Positions 23,019 through 32,104 of a stretch of 32,104 nt of DNA are shown piece after piece. The stretch covers positions 1 through 32,104 of the forward strand of contig NIVC01000053.1 in the NCBI GenBank assembly GCA_002269645.1, given 5' to 3'. The translations under genes were made by a program, and so were the position numbers. Numbering within the stretch: position 1 is the stretch's first letter; the number at the start of each line of letters is the position of its first letter. Under the pieces are notes generated by a model. That model had not been told where the DNA came from and made no database searches. It saw only the letters and a program-made list of their open reading frames with translations. The stretch is from Macrostomum lignano. Taxonomy: Eukaryota.

Positions 23019-23699
23019 CGGACGGACAACCCGCGGAGCTGCTCATAAATCCTCCAGCAGCTGGTTAACCCCCCCCCCCTTAGTAACTCTCACAGATTCG
23101 AAGTCTCGTGCTAGGCTAGGTCTTTAATACTATTGTTTAATTATAGTTTATATAAATATACTATCATCATTACCCCGCCTGCTATCCTGTGCGACACTCC
23201 TGTCCGTGTGCAAGTTCGGGCTCTATTCGGTTTCATTTTGACCCATCTCTGGTCCCTCCCTGTGCTTCCTGGGCCGTGCGGACTGCATGTACTCGATAAA
23301 ACACCTGTTCGATCCGCATCTCAAGCTGTCCCTGGCTGACAACAGCTTGCAGACTCTCTCTGTGTGTGTGTACTCAAAGTTCTATAGCTCTTCTCATTTT
23401 TACTCATTCTGTTAAACCACCGCTATTCAATACTTGATTATTTATAGTGGCTCTTTGTTTCAAATTTGGATTCGTTTTTATTATTATAGAAACAGTGATA
23501 GTTAATATTTATCACATATTATTTATGCGTGAGAAAGGTCTTTATTTTATTTTTTTATTTGTACTTTTGTCTTTTAATTTGTTCGTTTCAATTGCACTTT
23601 TGCGTTAGACGAATATTTTTATCGCTAATCTCATCTCGTTTGATTGCAGCTTCTAATTTCAGCTAACCTTATTGGTTTTGGGATTTTGATTGCACTTCT

Positions 23700-24048
23700 G
23701 TCCGCCTCTCCCCATCTCTGCCCACCTCTCAGCATCTCTGTCCACCTCTCAGCATCTCTGTCCACCTCTCAGCATCTCTGTCCACCTCTCAGCATCTCTG
23801 TCCACCTCTCAGCATCTCTGTCCACCTCTCAGCATCTCTGTCCACCTCTCAGCATCTCTGTCCACCTCTCAGCATCTCTGTCCACCTCTCAGCATCTCTG
23901 TCCACCTCTCAGCATCTCTGTCCACCTCTCAGCATCTCTGTCCGCCTCTCAGCATCTCTGCCCACCTCTCAGCATCTCTGCCCACCTTTCAGCATCTCTG
24001 TCCACCTCTCACCATTTCTGTTCGCCTCTTCCCATCTGTGTCCACCTC
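23700..24048. repeat. 20-bp minisatellite (TCCACCTCTCAGCATCTCTG) downstream of the PDE2 stop
   Basis: Direct inspection. Confidence 0.96.
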
Positions 24049-24174
24049 CAAGAAAGCAGCTATCTTTTTTGCCAGCAGCAAGCTCGGCACCTGCTGCGCT
24101 CACCAGACCTGTTTTGTCAGTTCATTCGCTTGCTGTCCCCCACGCCGCTTATTCGTAAATCTGTGTTTTATCTG

Positions 24175-24196
24175 AATAAATTTTAATTTAAATAAA
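24175..24196 (+). terminator. Candidate polyadenylation signals (AATAAA x2) for PDE2
   Basis: AATAAA at 24175-24180 and 24191-24196, followed by T/G-rich sequence; position not verified. Confidence 0.4.
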
Positions 24197-24401
24197 TAGA
24201 AAGGAGTCTGTATTGCAAGTCAACTATTGATTGATCGGTTAATTGTTTGTTATAATATAATTACAAATTCGGCGACTTTGAGTAATTGAGTCCTAGGGTC
24301 AATTAATTATTTGCACCTCATCAGAACTCGTTTTCTGCTACATAACATTGCTACAGCAAATCTCTATTGATGAAGTGGCCTGTAAGGCTTAACTTGACAG
24401 T

Positions 24402-24935
24402 TCTCTGACACTCTTTGAGCTCGTCCTACAACCATTCTCTGACACCCTTTGAGCTCGTCCTACAACCATTCCCTAATACTCTTTGAGATCGTTCTACAAC
24501 CATTCTCTGACACCCTTTGAGCTCGTCCTACAACCATTCCCTAATACTCTTTGAGCTCGTCCTACAACCATTCCCTAATACTCTTTGAGCTCGTCCTACA
24601 ACCATTCCCTAATACTCTTTGAGCTCGTCCTACAACCATTCTCTGACACCCTTTGAGCTCGTCCTACAACCATTCCCTAATACTCTTTGAGCTCGTTCTA
24701 CAACCGTTCTCTGACACTCTTTGAGCTCGTCCTACAACCGTTCTCTGACACTCTTTGAGCTCGTCCTACAACCGTTCTCTGACACTCTTTGAGCTCGTCC
24801 TTCAACCATTCACTGACACTCTTCGAGCTCGTCCTTCAACCGTTCTCTGACACTGTTTGAGCTCGTCCTTCAACCGTTCTCTGACACTCTTCGAGCTCGT
24901 CCTTCAACCATTTTGTGACACTCTTCGAGCTCGTC
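24402..24935. repeat. 34-bp intergenic minisatellite (CTTTGAGCTCGTCCTACAACCATTCCCTAATACT / ...CTCTGACACT)
   Basis: Direct inspection; head-to-tail units without spacers. Confidence 0.96.
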
Positions 24936-25653
24936 CTGTTCTTAAACAATATTTTTTCATGCCAGCCAGGCACCGCCGTCTAAAGTAAAGACATTGTAAA
25001 ACAGTTGTTGCTATAAGATTCCGCTGAATGCTTAAGCAAAAAGAGCTTCGATTTTGACTGCAACCGGCGCCGTTTCCACTGCAGTTTCCTTCCCCAGCAG
25101 TCGAGGCGAAGGACATGCAGGACAGGACGACAGTGTGCAGCTACAACGGACCCATGCAGCGGGGAAGGCCTGACAAGAGTGCTGCAACCCAAAATGCGGT
25201 AGCTGCGCAGATGCTGGAGTCTTCAGTCTGGCTAGGAGGTCCCTGTACGACTGAATGTTCATTGGCGCAATGCAAGCTGCGTCCCAATCTATTCGTTGCT
25301 TGAATCTGTGGCTTAAATGCCATGAAGCAGATCAAATCCAGTCAGAGAGAAAGAGGGGGTAGAGGCGCTATCAGCGACTATCGATTGCTGGCTTTCAGGT
25401 GCGTGCGTGGCTGCAGAGGGAGAGTTTCGAACGTTCCTAAGCGAAAGTTTTGCTCCTTGCCGGTGGTGCAAGGCAGAGAGAGGCTGCAGGCCTCCCGGGG
25501 GTCAAAGCGGAATTCTGGGACTGCTTGAATGGATGGCATTCGCTAAAGCCTGCTTCAGGTCCAACATTTTGGTGAACGCGCCCAACCCCCTCCTTTGGTA
25601 CTCCCGACCTTCCTTTCAGCCCCCTCTGCTTCCCATTGCGGAGGATCGGCCGT

Positions 25654-25686
25654 TATAAAATGCTGCATCCACAGGAACGGCAGTTG
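25654..25686 (+). promoter_or_regulatory. Candidate TATA box and initiator of long tropomyosin isoform
   Basis: TATAAAA at 25654-25660, with Inr-like GCAGTT whose A (25682) lies 28 nt downstream; 160 nt before the ATG. Confidence 0.4.
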
Positions 25687-25841
25687 GCCCTCTCTACCTC
25701 TCAGTCTCCTGCAGTCGCTCCTGAAGCCCGTCTGTTCATCTCAGCCTTCGGATTGCATTTCAGCATTTTCGGTTCGGGTCTTCGAGAATCAACTCGTTTT
25801 TGTTTTAATTTATTCGACTAATTGAAAAAGTTTAACAAGAG

Positions 25842-25903
25842 ATGGACGCCATCAAGAAGAAGATGCTGGTGATGAAGCTAGAGAAGGAGAATGCCGTTGA
25901 CGC
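25842..25903 (+). CDS. TPM: Tropomyosin first coding exon (MDAIKKKMLVMKLEKENAVD-A)
   Basis: Canonical high-molecular-weight tropomyosin N-terminus; GC|GTACGT donor, phase 2. Confidence 0.96.
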
Positions 25904-25995
25904 GTACGTGGTTTGAATATTATGTTTTGCTTTTGAATCGTTTCCACCAAGACGCTATGATGAACAACTGTATTTTATTTACAAAATCATTCCAG

Positions 25996-26173
25996 GGCCG
26001 ACCAGCTGGAGACCAAGCTGAAGGAGAAGGAGGCTGAGATGGCCAAGAAGGAAGAGGAGATGGGCGAGATGCAGAAGAAGTTCCAGCAGCTGCAGCAGGA
26101 TCTCGACACCGCCCAGGAGTCCCTCACCACCACCAACACCAATTTGGAGGGAACAGAGAAGCGAGCCAGCGAT
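25996..26173 (+). CDS. TPM: Tropomyosin exon, residues 21-80 (ADQLETKLKEKE...LEGTEKRASD)
   Basis: ttccag acceptor, GTAAGT donor; coiled-coil heptads; ends at residue 80, before the AEAEV exon. Confidence 0.95.
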
Positions 26174-28084
26174 GTAAGTCCATTATATGTATAATCATTT
26201 TTTGTGATGTTAAAGCCTTTTACCAGTGGCAAAACCAAAACTAATTAGCTCATGCATGTCAAGGACTACTTAGAAGGACTGAACACTCCAAAATCGTGGA
26301 AAATTTTTTGAAGGCCAAATTTTGCAATTGTGTCATGTCTTGAACGGATTGATGAATCGGGCAGATTTCTGTGCTCTTTCGATTGCTGCATGGTCTTCTA
26401 TTTATTCCCCTCAGAATACGAAAGAATTGACTTTTTAGTACAGTACCCCGTAGATTGCATGCCTTTCAATGCAAAATCTTGACTTCTTTTTGGCAGTGGA
26501 AAGCAACACACACCACGTTTATTAACCAGTAAAGAAGTAATGCTCATAGTCAGTTCAATTAGCTAACCTTTTGACCTCTGACTTCGAGTCAGTGTAAGAA
26601 ACAAGATGATTTTAAGGTCAGTTTTTGTGACAAAGAAGGGAACAAAAAGTAGTATATTTATGGAAGGCAATTGGAAACAAATGAATGTTGAAAAATGTAA
26701 AAACAAAGAACATAAACTCATTGTAAACATAACCGGAAACAATTGCATTTCATAGATCAGTAAAAATAATATTGCTTGAAAAAAACATCAAAACACAACG
26801 AATTCGAACGAAAATGAATACACAGAAGCATAAAATGCAGTATCGTACGTACACTGATTAGGCAGATTACAAAACTTAAAGAACAGACTGCTTTGAAGAA
26901 TATATTTACCTATTCAGGGATTCTGTCACAACTGGGACTGGGCCACCATAATCCCATCCCACCTTAAATTTTAGTCTCAACGAGTGGAACTCCTCGTAAC
27001 ACTAAACGTATAGTAATACTCAGTTTGCACTCAAGAAACTCAATTCAACGCAATAAATAGACGTTATAAAACACCAGAAAAGTCATTTATATAGTAAAAA
27101 ATAATGTTTTCCTGTCAAATTCATCCTCTATTATTCACTTATATACATGTGGAGTTGCTATCATATGAAAAAAATCGCTAAGCATAGCATCGTGAATTTA
27201 CCCATCAAAAATTATCCACTATTCCGGAGAGTTACGTCCTGTGTAACGAAGTGACTTCAGAGGTCCTTGATGCATGTACATGCAAAATGATCCGGATTTT
27301 TATAGGCTTAACCAGACGTTCGAATCGGGACATATAATTTAGTCATCAAGAAATATTGTTTCCCTACGTTAAAATTTGTGTCTTTAGGGCTTATGGGGGA
27401 TGGCCCAGAATGAAAATGTAATACAAGAATCAGAGTTCGACAATTCTAAATGAGTTAAGTAGTTTACCAGACGTTCATCAATATTATATCAGAAATTACT
27501 GAGGTGTACATATGCATTCAAGACGGCAAAAAGTGAACAAAATGCAAAATAATGAAATTGCTAGTAACTGTACCCTGGCATCTCGCGTAAGGCGTATTAA
27601 AGAAGTACCCATTGCTAATAGACATCCATCGACGTCGGGTACGTCGGTGGAAGTCCAATTTTTTTACGGGGAAGTAATAGGACGGAAATATAAAAATCTG
27701 CTACGGAGTTCAGATGAGCGATATTGGTGCAAGTTCCATCCATTTAGTTTTACGCTTTGAAATTTGAATTAACAAACAATATTTATAAAGGTGCTTGTAT
27801 GCACATTTAAAAAATCTTTCAAAAATTCTTAAAACGAATAATATAACTTGGTCGATTCATGTCATTCTAACTGCTACTTAATGGCTTTAAAAGCCACTAA
27901 AGGTTGTTTTTTTGTTTTAAAGGCACTAAAAAATTTTCAAGCATTAAAATATTCCTAGAAACTGCGGAACAAGAATCAGCAATAAAAAAGTAGTAAAGAA
28001 CGTTCTTTCCTAAATAATTATCCTTCTAAAACTTTCTTTATATAGTTATATAGCTTTGTGCTTATTTTAGCTATATCAGTTACA

Positions 28085-28226
28085 ATGACGACAAACAATA
28101 AGGAATCTGTTTCTAGCTTCACTGAAGCAGAGAATGCAGGCACTGAAAAATGATCTGGATTCTGTTCAGGATGAACTTTCTACCAAAGGTGCTGAGCTAG
28201 AAAACGAAAAGAATCTGCGCACTCAG
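28085..28226 (+). CDS. TPM: Tropomyosin alternative short-isoform (1b-type) exon (...SLKQRMQALKNDLDSVQDELSTKGAELENEKNLRTQ); start uncertain
   Basis: Coiled-coil peptide ending phase 0 at CAG|GTACTC, compatible with the AEAEV exon. The ATG at 28085 is out of frame by 1; there is an alternative acceptor at 28116 and an in-frame ATG at 28134. Confidence 0.8.
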
Positions 28227-29462
28227 GTACTCTAAATATTTAATATTTACTGCAGAATTTTCTAGTACCAATTCTGCAATTTTTTTGTTTTAAAATTTAA
28301 CTAAATTCTAAAACAGCAATTAGCAAGTATGCCTAATTGCTGATAACAAGACATTTTACATTTATTAGATAGCAATATTTTAATGTGGCAGTGCTTACGC
28401 TGGTCAAATAAGCTCGCTGGTACTATTCAATGAGTTGGTCACTATTTAGCTAGCATCTTACTCTTAGTATATAATAAAGTGCCCTAGGTTGGATACCAAT
28501 ATTCTAAATATAACAGATATAGTGGCAAAGCTAGGATTTTGAAAAGGGGGGTTACTTTAAGGGACAAAGTTTTAGACTGATTCAATAGTTTTTTTGCAAT
28601 TTATGCTTAAAATATACATTTAAGAAGGTACAAAAACCATGTTTTTAGGCTAAAAAACTTTACTTTGTTGAAATCAAAATAAAGCCAGCAGATATCTGTC
28701 TTGACTAAGGTATTTTAGCCTTTAAAAACTAGGGTAGGGATTTGCTGAAATATCATTTAAAACATTTTATTAGTAATTTACAAGTGAAATGGGCCAATTT
28801 TTGGGAATTTTGCTAAGTCTAAGCCACTGTATTTTGCATTTTTTTATCAAAAAACCTCATTTTTGTTTCTTATAACTCATCAAGATGGGGTGATATATTC
28901 TTATATCCCCCCTGGCTCACTACTGCATAGATATCTAGACATCAATATAAATATATTGAATTCAAACTGATTAAAAATTGGTGCCAAAAATTCAACTCAT
29001 TTTAGTGCTACCTATATTAAGAGATATAATCATTTTTTGAAAAAAATGATATACCATAAAAAATCTGTTTTTATGAATTAAAAGTTGTGATTTTTTAAAA
29101 CAAAAATGCAAATAGTTTACTTTTGTTGTTTTATGAGGGGTGCTTATTAAGTTCCTAGAAAATGCAGCTTAAAATAGAAAATGTGCCTCCTTGCCATAGC
29201 TGACTTAATGTGATAGGCAAGTGGCAATACAAGTCCAGTTTTGGCTAGGCAGCTTAGCTGCCACCTGCCTTTAGATGAATTAAATATCTTAACAGTAAAA
29301 CTAGGAAGAAAATTCCCCCCCCACCTGTCAATTTTTTGCTACACTGGAACAGAGCAATATAGGCACACAAAATTCAAGAACATGGGCTAACTTTTTGTCG
29401 CACACCTTCTCAATCTTATCATTATTGAAGCTTGATAAGAAAAACCTGACATAGTTGCAAAA

Positions 29463-29790
29463 GGATGTCCATAGTCACCTATTGAAGGCGCCAATGGGGT
29501 CCAAGTGATGGCTAAATGCTCGTGAGACTAGCTGAAAGTGTCCAGAAATTAAGGCTTGCCCACTGTCAAGTCTTGATTGGTGAAACTCTAGAAATTTGCA
29601 TCAGGGTGTTCATAGTCACCTAGTGTCATCTGTTGAAGGTGCCAACGGCATCCAGGTGAAGACTAACTACTTGAGAGACCAGCTGAGGATACCTAGTAGT
29701 TGAGGCTTACCCACTGTCAAGGTTTGATCAGCAAAACTAGAGAAATTAGTATCAGGATGTTCATAGTCACCTGGTGCCACCTGTTGAAGG
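29463..29790. repeat. Diverged ~141-151-bp tandem repeat, ~2.2 copies
   Basis: CATAGTCACCT starts at 29470, 29611 and 29762; GGCTTRCCCACTGTCAAG occurs twice. Confidence 0.8.
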
Positions 29791-30760
29791 TCTAGAAGCT
29801 TTGTCTCGGTGAAGGCCAGTGACCAACAAAGTCAGAGCTGATGCAGACACATGTGGTCAATGTGCTGATAAAATTTGGAGACTTAAAAAAGCTGCACTTT
29901 GGCACACAGGGGTGTACTGAATACACTGGTGCTTATGGGATAATCCAACCTTCTGGCAGAATAGTTGAATATCTCAACAGTCTGGAGGGCTGGCGACTTG
30001 ATTCTTGTTTGAGAAGGTGTGCAACAAAAATTTAGCCTATGTTCTTGAATTTTGTGTGCCTGCGTTGCTCCATTCTGGTGCAGCAAAAAATTGTCAAAAA
30101 GGGGGGAATCCCCCCCCCCCCTATTGGTAGTTTGATAGGCAGAAAAATCCTACTGTTAATGGTGGAAACCTCACTTACTATGCAATGTTTGAAACAGCTT
30201 AATTGTAACATTTTGCCTAAAAATTAATGCATTTCCATTAAATTTAATGTATTTGTGATTTCATATTTATATACTTTAGGCCAGGGAGTTGGCATAGTAG
30301 GATCAGTTCATTTGTAAAGACTTGACACATTTTATAAAGCTCACAAATAAGCCAGTTTCCATGCCAATCATTGAAGCAACTGCAAATTTTGATTTAAATA
30401 CTATTGTGTAAAAATGCAGTCTTACCATACATATGTTGTAAATTAGCTTTCCAAATTTCAATCCACTCTAGTCATATTTGTTCTCTTATTTAAAAACTGA
30501 TCTAGAATGCTTTATTGCTTCTATAAGTCTATGAAATCAAGACTTCAATTCAATGATTTTTGTCTTTGTCAAAGCTGTGAATATCTAAGATTTACTTAGA
30601 GATTAAGATGTGTATAAGATATATAAGATATTTTTACTGAATTTTATTCCGATACAGTATGAACTTTTATTCAATGCCCTTATTATTAATCTGAATGGAA
30701 TTTTGCTGGGTATAATGTAACTAGCATCTTATAATCTTGCTCATTTTTCCCTGTCTCAAG

Positions 30761-30894
30761 GCCGAGGCGGAGGTGCAGGCCCTGACCCGGCGCATCCGCC
30801 TGATTGAGGAGGACCTGGAGCAGACTGAGGGCCGCCTGCAGGAGGCCACGCAGAAGCTGGAGGAGGCCAGCAAGGCAGCTGACGAGAGCGAGCG
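30761..30894 (+). CDS. TPM: Tropomyosin exon, residues 81-125 ([20 protein letters not shown]...[12 protein letters not shown])
   Basis: ctcaag acceptor, GTGAGC donor; highly conserved tropomyosin segment. Confidence 0.98.
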
Positions 30895-31098
30895 GTGAGC
30901 TGATTAGTTAATCAATACTTGCCAGTCGTTATGTCCTTACTACACTACTGAACAGGAATAAGTAGTATTTTTAGCTTTTCATGACTATTTTATATTCGCA
31001 TGCCCATCGCGTGCCGTGCTTTTCGATTTCAGAGGATGACAGAATTCAAAGTTCCCGTTGTACTTTTATTTAAATAATTGATTTCTGCTCTCTATTAG

Positions 31099-31216
31099 AT
31101 CCCGCAAAGTGCTGGAGAGTCGCCAGAACGAGGACGAAGCCAGGCTGAGCTCGCTGGACCAGATGGTCAAGGAGGCCACGGATGCGGCCAAAGAAGCTGA
31201 GAAAAGATACGAAGAG
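31099..31216 (+). CDS. TPM: Tropomyosin exon, residues 125-164, version A (SRKVLESRQNEDEARLSSLDQMVKEATDAAKEAEKRYEE)
   Basis: ttag acceptor, GAG|GTACAG donor, phase 2 to 0; RKVLE...YEE. Confidence 0.93.
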
Positions 31217-31597
31217 GTACAGAGAGGCTTGATGGTATCCGTAAGATGCTTTTTATTTAGGCTCCGGATTTTGTGGCCTAGTCTGTGGGAGTTGTTTTTG
31301 CCAGCAGGAAACACAGCAATTCATCAGTGTTGTTGGTAAAACGCTTAACTTCATGTTGTTTTTATTTTGTAGATGAAGTCATTCTGATAACCAAATTTCT
31401 GTAAACTTGTTCATTTTTTGGAACGTTTATCAACTTGCTAAATTATTTGGGTCATTCGCGTTTGTCCGGTGCTACTATTGACCATTTTTTCCTTTAAACA
31501 TTCATTCGCTTTTATATCCGATATACTCGTATGCTATCGAATATTCAGTATGTTTAGTTAAACATGCTTGATAGATAAATAGATTGATAGCAATAAA

Positions 31598-31738
31598 CAA
31601 GACAGACTGACAAACAGACACTAAGACAGACAGACACTAAGACAGATAGGCAGACAGACAGACAGATAGGCAGACAGACAGACAGACAGAGTCGACAGAC
31701 ACAAGACAGACAGACAGACAGATAGGCAGACAGACACA

Positions 31739-31775
<37 letters not shown>

Positions 31776-31800
31776 GGCAGACAGACAGATAGGCAGACAA

Positions 31801-31832
<32 letters not shown>

Positions 31833-31862
31833 GCAGACAGACAGACAGACAGACAGACAGGC

Positions 31863-31907
<45 letters not shown>

Positions 31908-31991
31908 CAAAGACAGACAGACAGACAGACACAAAGACAGACAGACAGACAAACAGACAGACAACAGACAGACAGACAGACAGACAGACAG
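31598..31991. repeat. (CAGA)n microsatellite with CACTAA/TAGG interruptions
   Basis: Direct inspection. Confidence 0.97.
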
Positions 31992-32024
31992 AACACACTG
32001 ACGGAACCGCTGTCGCTGCCGCAG

Positions 32025-32104
32025 AGGCCGCAAGGTGCTGGAGACCCGCTCCATCGCTGACGAGGAGCGCGTCAACACACTGAGGAGCAGCTCAAGGAGG
32101 CGAA
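32025..32104 (+). CDS. TPM: Tropomyosin exon, residues 125-164, version B ([19 protein letters not shown] / EEQLKEA-), truncated by window; 1-nt frameshift at ~32082
   Basis: ccgcag acceptor, phase-2 start; canonical RKVLE.RS.ADEER motif. Confidence 0.9.

Noticed and set aside
24402-24935. 34-bp repeat of CRISPR-like length
   Set aside because: Units are head-to-tail with no unique spacers, there are no cas genes, and the context is eukaryotic.
26174-30760. Short ORFs and possible transposon remnants in tropomyosin introns (26563, 29841, 29883, 30039)
   Set aside because: AT-rich sequence with no recognisable transposase or RT motifs, TIRs or TSDs.

Overview
Eukaryotic (invertebrate animal) genomic DNA carrying two + strand, intron-rich genes in tandem. 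Nearly all long ORFs in the supplied track are artefacts of tandem repeats. (1) 2784-23018: a cGMP-stimulated phosphodiesterase 2 (PDE2A-like) gene. I reconstructed 20 phase-consistent GT-AG exons (~870 aa) covering the N-terminal region, GAF-A, GAF-B and the catalytic domain; the 5' end was not located. A single missing base at ~19179 breaks the frame. (2) 25842-32104: the 5' half of an invertebrate tropomyosin gene (MDAIKKKM...). It has an alternative short-isoform first exon and two tandem, phase-equivalent versions of the residue 125-164 exon, which are probably mutually exclusive. Almost every PDE2 intron longer than ~270 nt is filled by its own unrelated micro/minisatellite (more than 20 arrays in the window). 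The last PDE2 intron holds a full-length tRNA-derived SINE with a 13-bp target-site duplication. GC3-rich exons with minisatellite-packed introns would fit a free-living flatworm such as Macrostomum, but that is inference only. I see no prokaryotic system, CRISPR array or new multi-gene system. The most interesting signals are the splicing architecture, the intron-private repeats and two or three single-base indels that probably reflect long-read assembly error.
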